Positions 1-12,800 are shown, numbered from the stretch's first letter. The stretch: DNA of 15,137 nt from an uncultured Chlamydiae bacterium (GCA_963730605.1 CAVSSM010000010.1:68634-83770); one strand, 5' to 3'. Made by a program: numbers and translations. The notes: generated by a model not told the origin, from the sequence alone.

Positions 1-373
1 GCAGCGAAATTGGAATTCAAGTCAATCCGAGCAGCCAAATCATCGTCGGCAATGGCGGAACGATCACCCTGCTTGGTACCGGCGGAGGCCTCTACAACAA
101 CATCTTAGGCGGTAACAATTATGGCGTCTACCTCAATGGATGCACATTGACTGCGGGCAACGGAGGAAGCGCGCCAGTTGCGATCGGGATCACAGGGATT
201 GGCGGCACCGGCTATGGAGGCTCCTCGACAACGGTCGACCATTCCCATGGAGTCAACATCGGCACCTCAATAGCTGTGAATCTCAACTCTACAAGTCCGG
301 CAAATTCCCTCACCTTCCATAATTGCCTCGGAGGCAGCGGCGGGGTAGCCAATTACGGGGTCAATTTCGCTAC
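1..373 (+). repeat. Near-identical direct repeat, copy 1 (partner 12625-12997)
   Basis: Manual alignment at offset 12,624 gives 5 mismatches in 373 nt. The shadow ORFs 140..322 and 12764..12946 are nearly identical. Confidence 0.93.
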
Positions 374-860
374 GTCGCTTAACTTAGCCAACGGCTCATT
401 GAACTTCGAGAATATTACGGGCGGATCGGGTGGAAGCGGAACCACCAATCATCACGGAGTTGTGATCAATAGCGGGGTTACAGTAACTGCTCCTACGATC
501 ATAGCAACAGATTGCCTTGGCGGCCCGGGCACTGGCACCGACATTGGTTTTTACGTAACGGGAGGAACGCTTGGCTCCTCGATCACCAACCAGATTTCTA
601 TAACAGGCGGCAGTTTAGGAACCGGCAGCAACGAAATTGGAATTCAAGTCGATCCGGGCGGTCAACTCATTGTCGGCAATGGCGGAACGATCTCTCTCTT
701 TGGCATCGGCGGAGGCATCTACAATGGAACGGGTAGCAATAATTACGGCGTCAATTTCGCTATATGCACATTGACTGCGGGCAATGGGGAAGCCAAGCGG
801 CTGCAATCAATGTTACAGGGATCGGCGGGAGCGGCTCCGGCGGCGCTAACTATGGCGTAA
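3..860 (+). CDS. Segment 1 of the giant repeat protein (5'-partial, frame 3); genuine sequence to ~788, then an out-of-frame tail to TAA at 858-860
   Basis: Frame 3 is open from base 3, so the TTG start at 147 in the ORF track is an internal Leu. The repeat pattern holds to ...CTLTAGNG and then degenerates (EAKRLQSML...). Confidence 0.8.
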   Translation, partial: SEIGIQVNPSSQIIVGNGGTITLLGTGGGLYNNILGGNNYGVYLNGCTLTAGNGGSAPVAIGITGIGGTGYGGSSTTVDHSHGVNIGTSIAVNLNSTSPANSLTFHNCLGGSGGVANYGVNFATSLNLANGSLNFENITGGSGGSGTTNHHGVVINSGVTVTAPTIIATDCLGGPGTGTDIGFYVTGGTLGSSITNQISITGGSLGTGSNEIGIQVDPGGQLIVGNGGTISLFGIGGGIYNGTGSNNYGVNFAICTLTAGNGEAKRLQSMLQGSAGAAPAALTMA

Positions 861-3800
861 ACATCGCTGGTTCTTTTGCTGTTAATCTCAACAACACCAA
901 TCCGGCGAGCTCTCTCAATTTCAAAAACTGTATTGGAGGTAGCGGCGGCAATAGCAACTATGGGGTGAACTTTGGCATCGGATTGACTTTAGTCAATGGC
1001 TCATTGAACTTCCTCGATATCGTAGGCGGTGGTACCTCAACTTCTACAACAAATTACGGTTTGAATATCGGCGCAGCAGTCACTGCTCCTGTGATCACAG
1101 GACGCGACATTGTAGGCGGTCCAGGAACGAACAACAATTGGGGGCTCTATGTAAACGCCGCATTAGGCAGTGCGGCTACGAATGTCTTAATAATGACCGC
1201 CTCCAGCCTTGGGATTGGCAGTAATGAATACGGTATCAACGTTGCGAACACCGTGGCTGTAGGCTCCGGCGCTACAATGACTCTGACGGGTACCGGCGGG
1301 GGAGTTTATAACGGTACAGGCACGCTGAACCATGGCATTTACCTAAATGGTTCTACAATAACCAGCAGCGGAACTGGCGCTACAGCCATTACACTCACTG
1401 GTTTGGGCGGCCAAGGCAGCGGGGGCACCAATGCGGGCGCCTACATTGGCGCTTCTGGTCTAACTGTTAACTTTGGAACCAGCTCAAGCAATCAATTGAA
1501 CTTCCTGAACTGTATTGGAGGGTTTGTAGGTAGCACTAACTATGGGGTGTATGTTGGTGGAACAGTCACAACGACAGGAACTGGATTAACTCAGTTCTTG
1601 AATGCGACCGGCGGCGGCAATGGGACTGGAACTAATAATAACGGTCTTCATTTTGCTGCGAATTACTCCGCTCCTGCCATCATTGCAGAGGCTACAGGTG
1701 GATTTGGTAAAGGTACAACTACTAGCACCGGCAACTACGGCGTCTATATCGGAACCGGAATCACGTTAGGCGGAACAGGCGCGAATCAAATCAGGCTGAC
1801 TGGCACAAGCTTAGGCACAGGAAGTTTTGAGTTCGGAATTAAGGTCGACTCAACAGGAACAATCCAGGTTGGCAATGGCGGAACATTGAGCCTGAAAGGC
1901 TCTGGCGGCGGTTTGTATAACGGAACTGGCGCCAGCAACTATGGCGTAGAGCTGGCCAATGCGACTTTAACTGCCGGCAACGGTGGAACGACCGTCAATA
2001 CGATCAATGTGTCTGGTGTTGGCGGCACAGGAACGGGAGGTTTGCATTACGGCGTGGATATCGAGACTGTCGGCTTCCACGTTAACCTCAATGGAACGAA
2101 TGCGGCAAACTCCATCAATTTCGTCAATTGCGTGGGGGGTAGCGGCGGGCTATCCAATATCGGGGTCAATTTCGCTACATCGCTCAGCTTAGTCAACGGA
2201 TCATTGAACTTCCAAAGCATTTCAGGCGGAGCGGGCGGAAGCGGAACTACCAACCATCATGGGGTGGTGGTCAATCTTGGGACTACAGTCACCGCTCCCG
2301 CGATCATAGCGGTAGATTGTTTTTCCGGACTCGGAACAGGAACCGACATTGGTTTTAGCATTGGTGGAACATTGGGCTCCGCAGCTACGAATCAGGTCTC
2401 TATCACGGCGGGAAGCGTTGGAACAGCAAGCAATGGATATGGAATCCAAGTGTTCGGCACTGTAACCGTAGGCTCCGGCGCTACGATGACGCTGACGGGT
2501 AGCGGCGGGGGTACATACAATGACTCAGGCACACTAAACCACGGCATTTACCTCAACGGCGCGACATTAACGAGCAGCGGCGCTGGCGCGACGGTCATGA
2601 CGCTCACAGGATTTGGCGGTTCTGGCAGCAATACCCATGGAGGCGCTTACATCGATACGAGCGGCTTAACTGTTAACTTTGGAACCAGCTCAAGCAATCA
2701 ATTGAACTTCTTGAACTGCATCGGTGGATTTGTAGGTAGCAACAACTATGGAGTTTATGTTGGTGGACCTGTTACGACTACAGGCACAGGATTAACTCAG
2801 TTCTTGAATGCCACAGGCGGCGGCAATGGGACTGGAACTAATAATAACGGTCTGCATTTTGCTGCGAACTACTCCGCTCCCGACATCATTGCAGAAGCGA
2901 CAGGTGGATTTGGTAAAGGTACAACGACCAGCACCGGTAACTACGGCATCTATATTGCTCCAACGATCACATTAGGTGGATCTACTACAAATCAGATCAG
3001 GCTGATCGGCTCGAGTTTAGGTACCGGAAGCTTTGAGTTCGGAATTAAGGTCGACTCAACGGGAACGATCCAGGTTGGCGATGGCGGAACATTGAGCCTG
3101 AAAGGCTCCGGCGGCGGGTTGTATAACGGAACGGGCGCCAGCAACTATGGCGTAGAGCTGGCGAATGCGACTTTGACAGCGGGCAATGGCGGATCTACCG
3201 TCAATACGATCAATGTGTCAGGTTTTGGCGGCATAGGAACTGTCGGAAGCCACTTTGGCGTAGATATCGAGACTGTCGGCTTCAGCGTGAACCTCAATGG
3301 CACAAACCCAAGCAACTCCATCAACTTCATCAATTGCGCAGGCGGTTCTGGCGGCAGCAGCAACTACGGCGTGAATTTTAGTGTGGGTCTCACGCTTGTT
3401 AACGGCTCATTGAACTTCCTCAATGTAGTCGGCGGCGGTACCTCAACCTCTATAACAAACTATGGTTTAAATATCGGCGGCGTCACAGTCACAGCTCCTG
3501 TGATTACCGGCCGAGACATTGTGGGCGGACCCGGATTTGGCAATAACTACGGTTTGAACATCGGTAGCAGTAGCACAACATCTCAATTAGGAACCAGCCT
3601 TACCAATGTTCTTACGATATCGGCTACGAGCCTTGGGTTAGGCAGCAACGAATATGGCATCAACATCTTTGGCTCTGGAGGCGCTAGCTCTGTAGTTGTT
3701 GGCAATGGCGCTACCCTGACGTTAATGGGTGTAGGCGGGGGAGTCTACAACGGTTCGGGCAGCGATAACCACGGGATCTATCTGAATAACGCTGTATTGA

Positions 3801-6800
3801 CATCCAGCGGCAGCAGCGCTACGACCATGACGTTGACAGGGCTTGGAGGCCAAGGAAGCGGCGGCACCAATGCGGGTACATACATTGCTAGTACGGGTCT
3901 AACCGTTAATTTCGGCACGAACGCAAGCAATCAATTGAACTTCCTGAACTGTATCGGTGGTTTTGCCCTGTCCAACAACTACGGAGTATATGTTGGCGGA
4001 CCCGTAACAACGACCGGCACAGGGCTGACTCAGTTCTTGAATGCGACCGGCGGCGGGAATGGAACGGGAACCAATAATAACGGGTTGCATTTTGCTGCGA
4101 ATTACTCCGCTCCCGACATCATCGCTGAGGCTACAGGTGGTTTTGGTAAAGGAAGCACCGCAACAAACGGTAATTATGGAGTCTATGTCGGAACAGGAAT
4201 CACGTTAGGTGGAACGGGCGCGAATCAGATCAGGCTGACCGGTTCAAGCCTGGGCACCGGAAGTTATGAATTCGGAATTGCAGTCTACGGAGGGACGATC
4301 CAGGTTGGCGATAGCGGAACATTGAGCCTGAAAGGCTCCGGCGGCGGTTTGTATAACGGAACGGGCAGCCATAACTATGGCGTAGAGCTGGCTAACGCGG
4401 CGACTTTAACTGCCGGTAACGGCGGAACGACTGTCAATACAATCGATGTGTCTGGCGTTGGCGGCATAGGAACTGGGGGGGTGCATTACGGCGTAGACAT
4501 CGAGACTGTCGGCTTCAGCGTGAACCTCAATGGCACAAATGCAGCGAACTCGATCAATTTCATCAGTTGCGCGGGAGGTAGCGGCGGGGCATCCAATTAC
4601 GGTGTCAATTTCAACATATCGCTCAACTTCAGTCAACGGCTCATTGAACCTCCAAAATATTTCCGGAGGCTCGGGCGGAAGCGGAACTACTCATCATCAC
4701 GGGGTTGTGATCAATAGCGGGGTTACAGTCGCTGCTCCATCGATCATTGCATCGGATTGCTTTGGGGGCCCGGGAACTGGAAATGATGTCGGCTTCGACA
4801 TTGCTGGAACGTTAGGATCTTCCGCTACGAATGTAATCTCCATTACTGGAGGAAGTTTGGGAACGGGAGGCACTGAATACGGAATCCAAGTGACCGGTAC
4901 CCTACGGACGAGCGATGGCAGCGCGATGGCGCTCGTCGGCTCTGGCGGCGGGCTCTATAATGGGAGCGGCAGCAACAACTATGGGGTTTATTGCAGTGGA
5001 GCGACCCTTACTGCGGGCAATGGAGGAAGCCCAGCAACCACAATCAATATTTCAGGAATCGGCGGGTATGGATCGGGTGGTGATCACTATGGCATAGACA
5101 TCACTGGTTCTTTTGCTGTCAATCTCAACAACACAAATCCGGCAAGCGCTCTCAATCTCATAAACTGTATTGGGGGTATCGGCGGGGGAATCAATAATTA
5201 CGGGGTCAATTTCGCATCGTCGCTTAATTTAGCCAACGGGACATTGAACTTCCGCAATATTACGGGGGGATCGGGTGGAAGCGGAACTACCAGTCACCAT
5301 GGAATTCTAATCAGCGGGGTGGTCGCTGCTCCATCGATCATTGCATTGGAGTGCTTTGGCGGCCCGGGAACTGGAAGCGATTACGGCTTCGAGCTTAGTG
5401 GAACGTTAGGATCTTCCGCTACGAATGTGATCTCCATTACAGCTGGAAGTTTGGGAACGGGAGGCAGTGAAAAGGGAATTTATGTGTCCGGTACCGTGCT
5501 GGTAGGCGATGGGGGAACGATGTCATTTGTCGGCTCCGGTGGCGGGCTCTATAACGGGAGTGGTGTGAGTAACTATGGATTCGAGACCTTTGGAGGGACT
5601 CTTACCGCAGGCAATGGGGGAAGCCCAGCGACCACGATCAATATTTCAGGAATGGGCGGGAGCGGCTCTGGTGGTGGGCACTATGGCGTACAGATAACTA
5701 ATACTTCTTTGGCTGTCAATCTCAACAACACAAATCCGGCGAGCTCTCTCAATTTCATAAACTGTAGTGGGGGTAGCGGCGGCGGATCCAATTACGGGGT
5801 CGATCTGAATGCGTCGCTTAACTTAGCCAACGGGTCATTGAACTTCAAGGATATTACGGGCGGATCGGGTGGAAGCGGAACCACTCATCACCACGGAGTT
5901 CTAATCAGTAGCGGGAATACAGTCGCTGCCCCAGTGATTATCGCATTGGATTGTATTGGCGGCCCGGGAACTGGAAATGATGTCGGTTTCTACATTAATG
6001 GTGGAACATTGGGAAGTTCCGCTACGAATGTGATCTCCATTGCTGGAGGAAGTTTAGGAACGGGAGGCAGTGAATACGGAATTGAGGCGTCCTCCTGTAC
6101 CGTGCGGGTAGGCGATGGTGGAACGATATCCTTAAGCGGCTCCGGCGGCGGACTCTACAACGGAAGTGGAACGGGCAATTATGGGATCGATTTCTTAGGT
6201 TCGACCGTTACAGCCGGTAATGGGGGAAGCCCCGCTGTCGCGATCAATATTACGGGGATAGGCGGCACAGGATCGGGCGGCGCGAATTATGGCGTTAACG
6301 TTGGTTCTGGAAGCACGTTCAACCTCAATTCTCAGAATCCGGCAAGCGCATTGAATTTTGTCCATTGCTTCGGTGGAAATGGCGGCACCAATAACTACGC
6401 GATCAATTATGCAACATCGATCACTCTCGTCAATGGATCCGTGAACTTCCAAAGCATTACGGGGGGGGCGGGCGGAAGCGGAACCACCAATCATCACGGA
6501 GTCATGATTAGTGGCGGCAATACTTTGAGCGCTCCTGTGATCACGGCAACCGATTGTTTTGCGGGACCGGGAACTGGAACCGACATCGGCTTCGACATTG
6601 CTGGGACGTTAGGATCTTCCGCTACGAATGTGATCACTATTGCAGCCGGAAGTTTAGGGACAGGAAGCAATGAAGTCGGAATTCAAGTAACCGGTACCGT
6701 AGCCGTAGGCTCAGGCGCTACGATGACGCTGACTGGCACTGGCGGGGGTACATATAGTGGCTCGGGCACCCTGAACCATGGCATTTACCTCAATGGCGCT

Positions 6801-9800
6801 ACGCTGACCGGCAGCGGTTCCAGTACTTCGATCATGACACTTACCGGGTTAGGCGGCTCTGGCAGCGGAGGCGCCAACGCAGGCGTCTACATTGGCGCTT
6901 CTGGTCTAACTGTTAACTTTGGCACGAACTCCAGCAATGAATTGAATTTCTTGAACTGTATCGGCGGTTTTGTCGGGTCTAATAACTACGGAGTGTATGT
7001 TGGCGGCACGGTAACAACGACCGGCACAGGGCTCACTCAGTTCTTGAATGCGACCGGCGGCGGCAATGGAACAGGAACCAATAACAACGGTCTCAATTTC
7101 GCCGCCAATTACAGCGCTCCTGACATCATTGCCGAGGCTACGGGTGGATTTGGACAAGGTAGTTCCCTTACGAATGGAAACTACGGAGTCTATGTCGGAA
7201 CAGGAATCACGTTAGGTGGAACGGGCGCGAATCAGATCAGACTGACCGGTTCAAGCCTGGGCACCGGAAGTTATGAATTCGGAATTGCAGTCAACGGAGG
7301 GACGATCCAGGTTGGCGATAGCGGAACATTGAGCCTGAGAGGCTCCGGCGGCGGTTTGTATAACGGAACGGGCGCCAGCAATTATGGCGTAGAGCTGGCG
7401 AATGCGACTTTGACAGCGGGCAATGGCGGATCTACCGTCAATACGATCAACGTGTCTGGTTTTGGTGGTGTTGGAACGGGCGGAACGCATCATGGCGTGG
7501 ATATCGAGACTGTCGGCTTCAGCGTCAACCTCAATGGAACAAATGCGGCGAACTCCATCAACTTCATCAATTGCGTTGGTGGTCCTGGCGGCGGCAATAG
7601 CAACTATGGCGTGAACTTTAGTGTGGGGCTCACGCTTGTCAACGGCTCATTGAATTTCCTCAACGTCGTAGGCGGCGGCGGAGCAACCTCTACAACGAAT
7701 TACGGTTTGAATATCGGCGCAGCAGTCACTGCTCCTGTGATCACAGGACGGGATATAGCCGGCGGTCCTGGAACGAATAATAATTGGGGGCTCTATGTAA
7801 ACGCTGCATTAGGCACTGCCGCGACAAATGTTTTAACAATGACTGCTTCAAGCCTTGGATTGGGCAGTAACGAATACGGCATCAATATTGCGAACACTGT
7901 GACCGTGGGCTCCGGCGCTACGATGACGCTGACTGGTACTGGCGGCGGGGTTTATAACGGTATAGGCACCCTGAACCATGGTATTTATCTAAACAGCGCT
8001 ACGCTAACTAGCAGCGGCGCTAGTGCTACAGCCATTACACTCACCGGTTTGGGCGGCCAAGGCAGCGGGGGCACTAATGCGGGCGTCTACATCGATGTTG
8101 GGGGGTTAACCGTTAACTTTGGCACGAATTCCAGCAATAAGTTGAACTTCTTGAACTGTATCGGTGGTTTTGTCGGATCTAACAACTACGGGGTCGGTGT
8201 TTTTGGTTCTGTAACCACAAACGGCACAGGGGCAACGCAATTCCTCAACGCCACAGGGGGCGGCAACGGAATCGGGACCAATAACGACGGTCTGCACTTC
8301 GCTGCCAATTACAGCGCTCCGGCCATCATTGCAGAAGCTACGGGCGGTTATGGTTTTGGAACATCTCTCACGACAGGCAACGTCGGAATTAATGTCATAT
8401 CTGGCGTTACATTAGGCGGAGCCAATACAAACCAAATCCATTTGGTCGGTTCAAGCTTAGGTATAAATAGTTATGAGTTTGGAATCGAGATCAATGGGGG
8501 AACTGTCCAGGTTAATATTGGTGGATCTGTAACGCTAAGAGGGAATGGCGGCGGCGTATATAACGGCGCCGGCGGCAATAACTACGGCGTTTATAAGAAT
8601 TCAGCCACTCTCATTGCACCCGGAGGATCCACTGTGTCAGGTTACGGCGGTATGGGATCTGCCGGTATGAACGTGGGCGTATACGGCGACCTGAACGTGA
8701 CTGGCCCGCTCACCTACGCAAATGTCGTCGGAGGGACGGGCGGTAACAACAACTATGGCGTATGGCTTCCGACTCCAGTGAACGTAGTCAACGGCGGGAT
8801 GACTTTCCTCAACGTAGCCGGCGGCGGTACAGCCGGCTCTACCAACAACTACGGTGTCTATGTTCAAGCCGCAGTCACAGCTACCTCGATGATCGCGACA
8901 GATGTCTTTGGCGGACCCGGATCTAGCACGGATATCGGCTTCTACATATCTGGAGCAGGGGCGTCTCTGGGTGCATCTTTTACGAATGTGCTGACCATAA
9001 CAGCTGGAAGTTTGGGAACGGGCAGCAATGAAGTGGGCATTCAGGTAGATACGGGCGGCATAATCCAGGTTGGAGATGGCGGTACGATGAATCTGGTCGG
9101 TACCGGCGGCGGACTCTATAACGGGGGCGGTACTGGCAATTGGGGGGTCAATTTCAGCGGAGCGACTCTTGCCGCGGGCAATGGAGGAACCCCTGCCGTC
9201 ACGATCAGTGTTACAGGAATGGGCGGCACAGGATCGGGCGGCACGAATTATGGCGTCAATGTTGGCTCTGGGACCACGTTCAACCTCAACTCCTCGAATC
9301 CGGCAAGCGCAATGAATTTTGTTCATTGTTTCGGAGGTAACGGCGGCACCAATAACTACGCGATCAATTACGCAACATCGATGACTCTTGTCAATGGATC
9401 GTTGAACTTCCAAAGCTTGACAGGCGGATCTGGTGGAAGCGGAACCACCAATCACCACGGAGTTGTGATTAGCGGCGGCAATACTTTGAGCGCTCCTGTA
9501 ATCACAGCAGCCGATTGTTTTGCAGGGCCGGGAACAGGAACCGACATCGGCTTTGACATTGCCGGAACATTGGGAACTGCCGCTACGAATGTGATCGCCA
9601 TTGCAGCCGGAAGCTTGGGAACGGGAAGCCATGAATATGGAATCCAAGTAACCGGCACTGTGACCGTTGGCTCCGGCGCTACGATGACGCTGACTGGCAC
9701 CGGCGGGGGTACATATAGTGGCTCGGGCACCCTGAACCATGGCATTTACCTCAATGGCGCTACATTAACCAGCAGCGGTTCCGGAGCTACAGCCATCACA

Positions 9801-12800
9801 CTTACCGGTTTGGGCGGTCAAGGCAGCGGGGGCACCAATGCGGGCGTCTACATGGGCGCTTCTGGTCTAACTGTTAACTTTGGCACGAACTCCAGCAATG
9901 AATTGAATTTCTTGAACTGTATCGGTGGTTTTGTCGGATCTAACAACTATGGGGTGTATGTTGGCGGCACGGTAGCAACGACCGGCACAGGGCTAACTCA
10001 GTTCTTGAACGCGACTGGCGGTGGTAACGGAATCGGAAATAATAATAACGGTCTCAACTTCGCCGCCAATTACAGCGCTCCTGACATCATTGCCGAGGCT
10101 ACGGGTGGATTTGGACAAGGTAGTTCTCTTACGAACGGCAACTACGGAGTCTATGTCGGAACAGGAATCACGTTAGGTGGAACGGGCGCGAATCAGATCA
10201 GACTGACCGGTTCAAGCCTGGGCACGGGAAGCTTTGAATTCGGAATCAAAGTCGACTCAACGGGAACAATCCAGGTTGGCGATGGCGGAACATTGAGCCT
10301 TAAAGGTTCCGGCGGAGGTTTGTATAATGGAACTAGCGCCAGCAACTATGGCGTAGAGCTGGCGAATGCGACTTTGACTGCGGGTAACGGCGGAACGACC
10401 GTCAATACGATCACTGTGTCAGGTTTTGGCGGCACAGGAACTGGCGGAAGCCACTATGGCGTGGATATCGAGACTGTCGGCTTCCACGTCAACCTCAATG
10501 GCACGAATGCGGCGAACTCCATCAACTTCATCGACTGCGCTGGCGGTTCGGGCGGCAATAGCAACTATGGGGTGAACTTTGGCGTTGGTCTTACGCTTGT
10601 TAACGGTTCTCTCAATTTCCTTAACGTCGTAGGCGGCGGTACCTCAACCTCTACAACAAATTATGGTTTGAATATCGGCGCAGCAGTTACTGCTCCTGTG
10701 ATCACTGGCCGCGATATTACAGGCGGGACTGGGACGAATAACAACTGGGGACTCTATGTAAATGCCGCATTAGGCACTGCCGCAACGAATGTGCTCACGA
10801 TGGCGGCCTCCAGCCTCGGGCTTGGCAGTAACGAGTACGGCATCAATGTCGCGAACACCGTGACTGTAGGCTCCGGCGCAACGCTAACATTGACTGGTTC
10901 TGGCGGTGGCGTTTACAGCGGTTCTGGCACTCTGAACCATGGCATTTACTTAAACAGTTCTACAATAACCAGCAGCGGCGCTGGCACGACGGTCATGACA
11001 CTCACAGGACTCGGCGGTTCTGGCAGCAACACCAATGCAGGTGTCTACATCGATGTTGGCGGTTTAACGGTTAATTTTGGAACGAACGCAAGCAACCAAC
11101 TGAACTTCTTGAATTGTATCGGGGGATTTATAGGTAGCACTAACTATGGGGTGTATGTTGGCGGAACAGTAACTACGACAGGCACAGGATTAACTCAGTT
11201 CTTAAACGCCACCGGCGGCGGCAATGGAATTGGAACCAATAATAACGGTTTGCATTTTGCTGCGAATTACTCCGCTCCCGACATCATTGCAGAAGCTACA
11301 GGTGGATTCGGCAAAGGCACAACAACTAGCACCGGCAACTATGGAGTCTATGTCGCTCCAACGATCATATTAGGTGGATCTACTGCAAATCAAATCAGAC
11401 TGACCGGTTCCAGCTTAGGCACAGGAAGTTTTGAGTTCGGAATCAAAGTCGACTCAACGGGAACAATCCAGGTTGGCGATGGCGGAACATTGAGCCTGAA
11501 AGGCTCCGGCGGCGGTTTGTATAACGGAACTAGCGCCAGCAACTATGGCGTAGAGCTGGCGAATGCGACTTTGACTGCGGGTAACGGCGGAACGACCGTC
11601 AATACGATCACTGTGTCAGGTTTTGGCGGCACAGGAACTGGCGGAAGCCACTATGGCGTGGATATCGAGACTGTCGGCTTCCATGTCAACCTCAATGGCA
11701 CGAATGCAGCGAACTCCATCAACTTCATCAATTGCGTGGGAGGCAGCGGCGGAACATCCAATTACGGGGTCAACTTCAATACGTCGCTTAACTTGGTCAA
11801 CGGATCATTGAACTTTCAAAATATTACGGGTGGAAGCGGCACCACGAGTCAGCACGGGGTTGTGATCGATGGCCCCGTTACAGTAACAGCTCCTGCGATT
11901 ATAGCGACAGACTGCTTTGCCGGCCCGGGAACTGGAGCAGATTTCGGCTTCGACATTAACGGAACATTGGGCTCTACAACTACGAATCAGATCTCCATTA
12001 CCGCCGGAAGTTTGGGAAGCGGGGGCAGTGAATATGGAATTAATGCGGGCGGCGCCATTCTGGTAGGCGATGGCGGAACGATCTCATTAAGCGGCTCCGG
12101 CGGCGGGCTCTATAACGGAGGCGGTACACAAAATTTTGGGATTAATTTCACGGCGGCTCTTACCGCAGGCAATGGGGGAACCCCTGCCGTCACGGTCAAT
12201 ATTACAGGGATGGGCGGCACAGGATCGGGAGGCGGGAATTACGGTGTTAAGATTGGCCCTGGAAGCGCGTTCAATCTCAATTCTCAGAATCCGGCAAGCG
12301 CAATCAATTTTGTTCATTGCATCGGGGGGACTGGCGGCACCAGTAACTATGGGGTCAATTACGCGACATCGACGACTCTTGTCAATGGAGCCATGAACTT
12401 CCAAAATATTACGGGCGGATCGGGTGGAAGCGGAACCACCAATCACCATGGAGTTTTGATTAATACCAGCGAGACTTTGAGCGCTCCCGTAATCACAGTA
12501 ACCGATTGCTTTGCAGGGCCGGGAACTGGAAACGACATTGGTTTTTACATAAATAATGGAGCAACGCTTGGCTCCTCGGGCACAAATCTGATTTCTGTAA
12601 TAGGCAATAGTTTGGGAACCGGCAGCAGCGAAATTGGAATTCAAGTCAATCCGAGCAGCCAAATCATCGTCGGCAATGGCGGAACGATCACCCTGCTTGG
12701 TACCGGCGGAGGCCTCTACAACAACACCTTAGGCGGTAACAATTATGGCGTCTACCTCAATGGATGCACCTTGACTGCGGGCAACGGAGGAAGCGCGCCA

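Noticed and set aside
786..4631. Compensating frameshift pair or programmed ribosomal frameshifting
   Set aside because: Frame 3 terminates at 858-860, so the pair cannot compensate. No convincing conserved slippery-site plus structure signal was recognised, and sister repeats show simple single-base indels.
147..4717. Treating 147..860 and 764..4717 as separate genes of an operon
   Set aside because: Their ends fall mid-repeat and their overlapping termini are off-frame nonsense. Single-base repairs guided by sister repeats fuse them seamlessly.
8637..9740. 367-aa minus-strand ORF
   Set aside because: It is an antisense shadow of the giant gene. Its Arg/Ser/Ala/Cys-rich translation has no recognisable motif, and equivalent shadows recur at paralogous repeats (6195-6497, 12087-12662, 13050-13361) but are broken by stops at different places.
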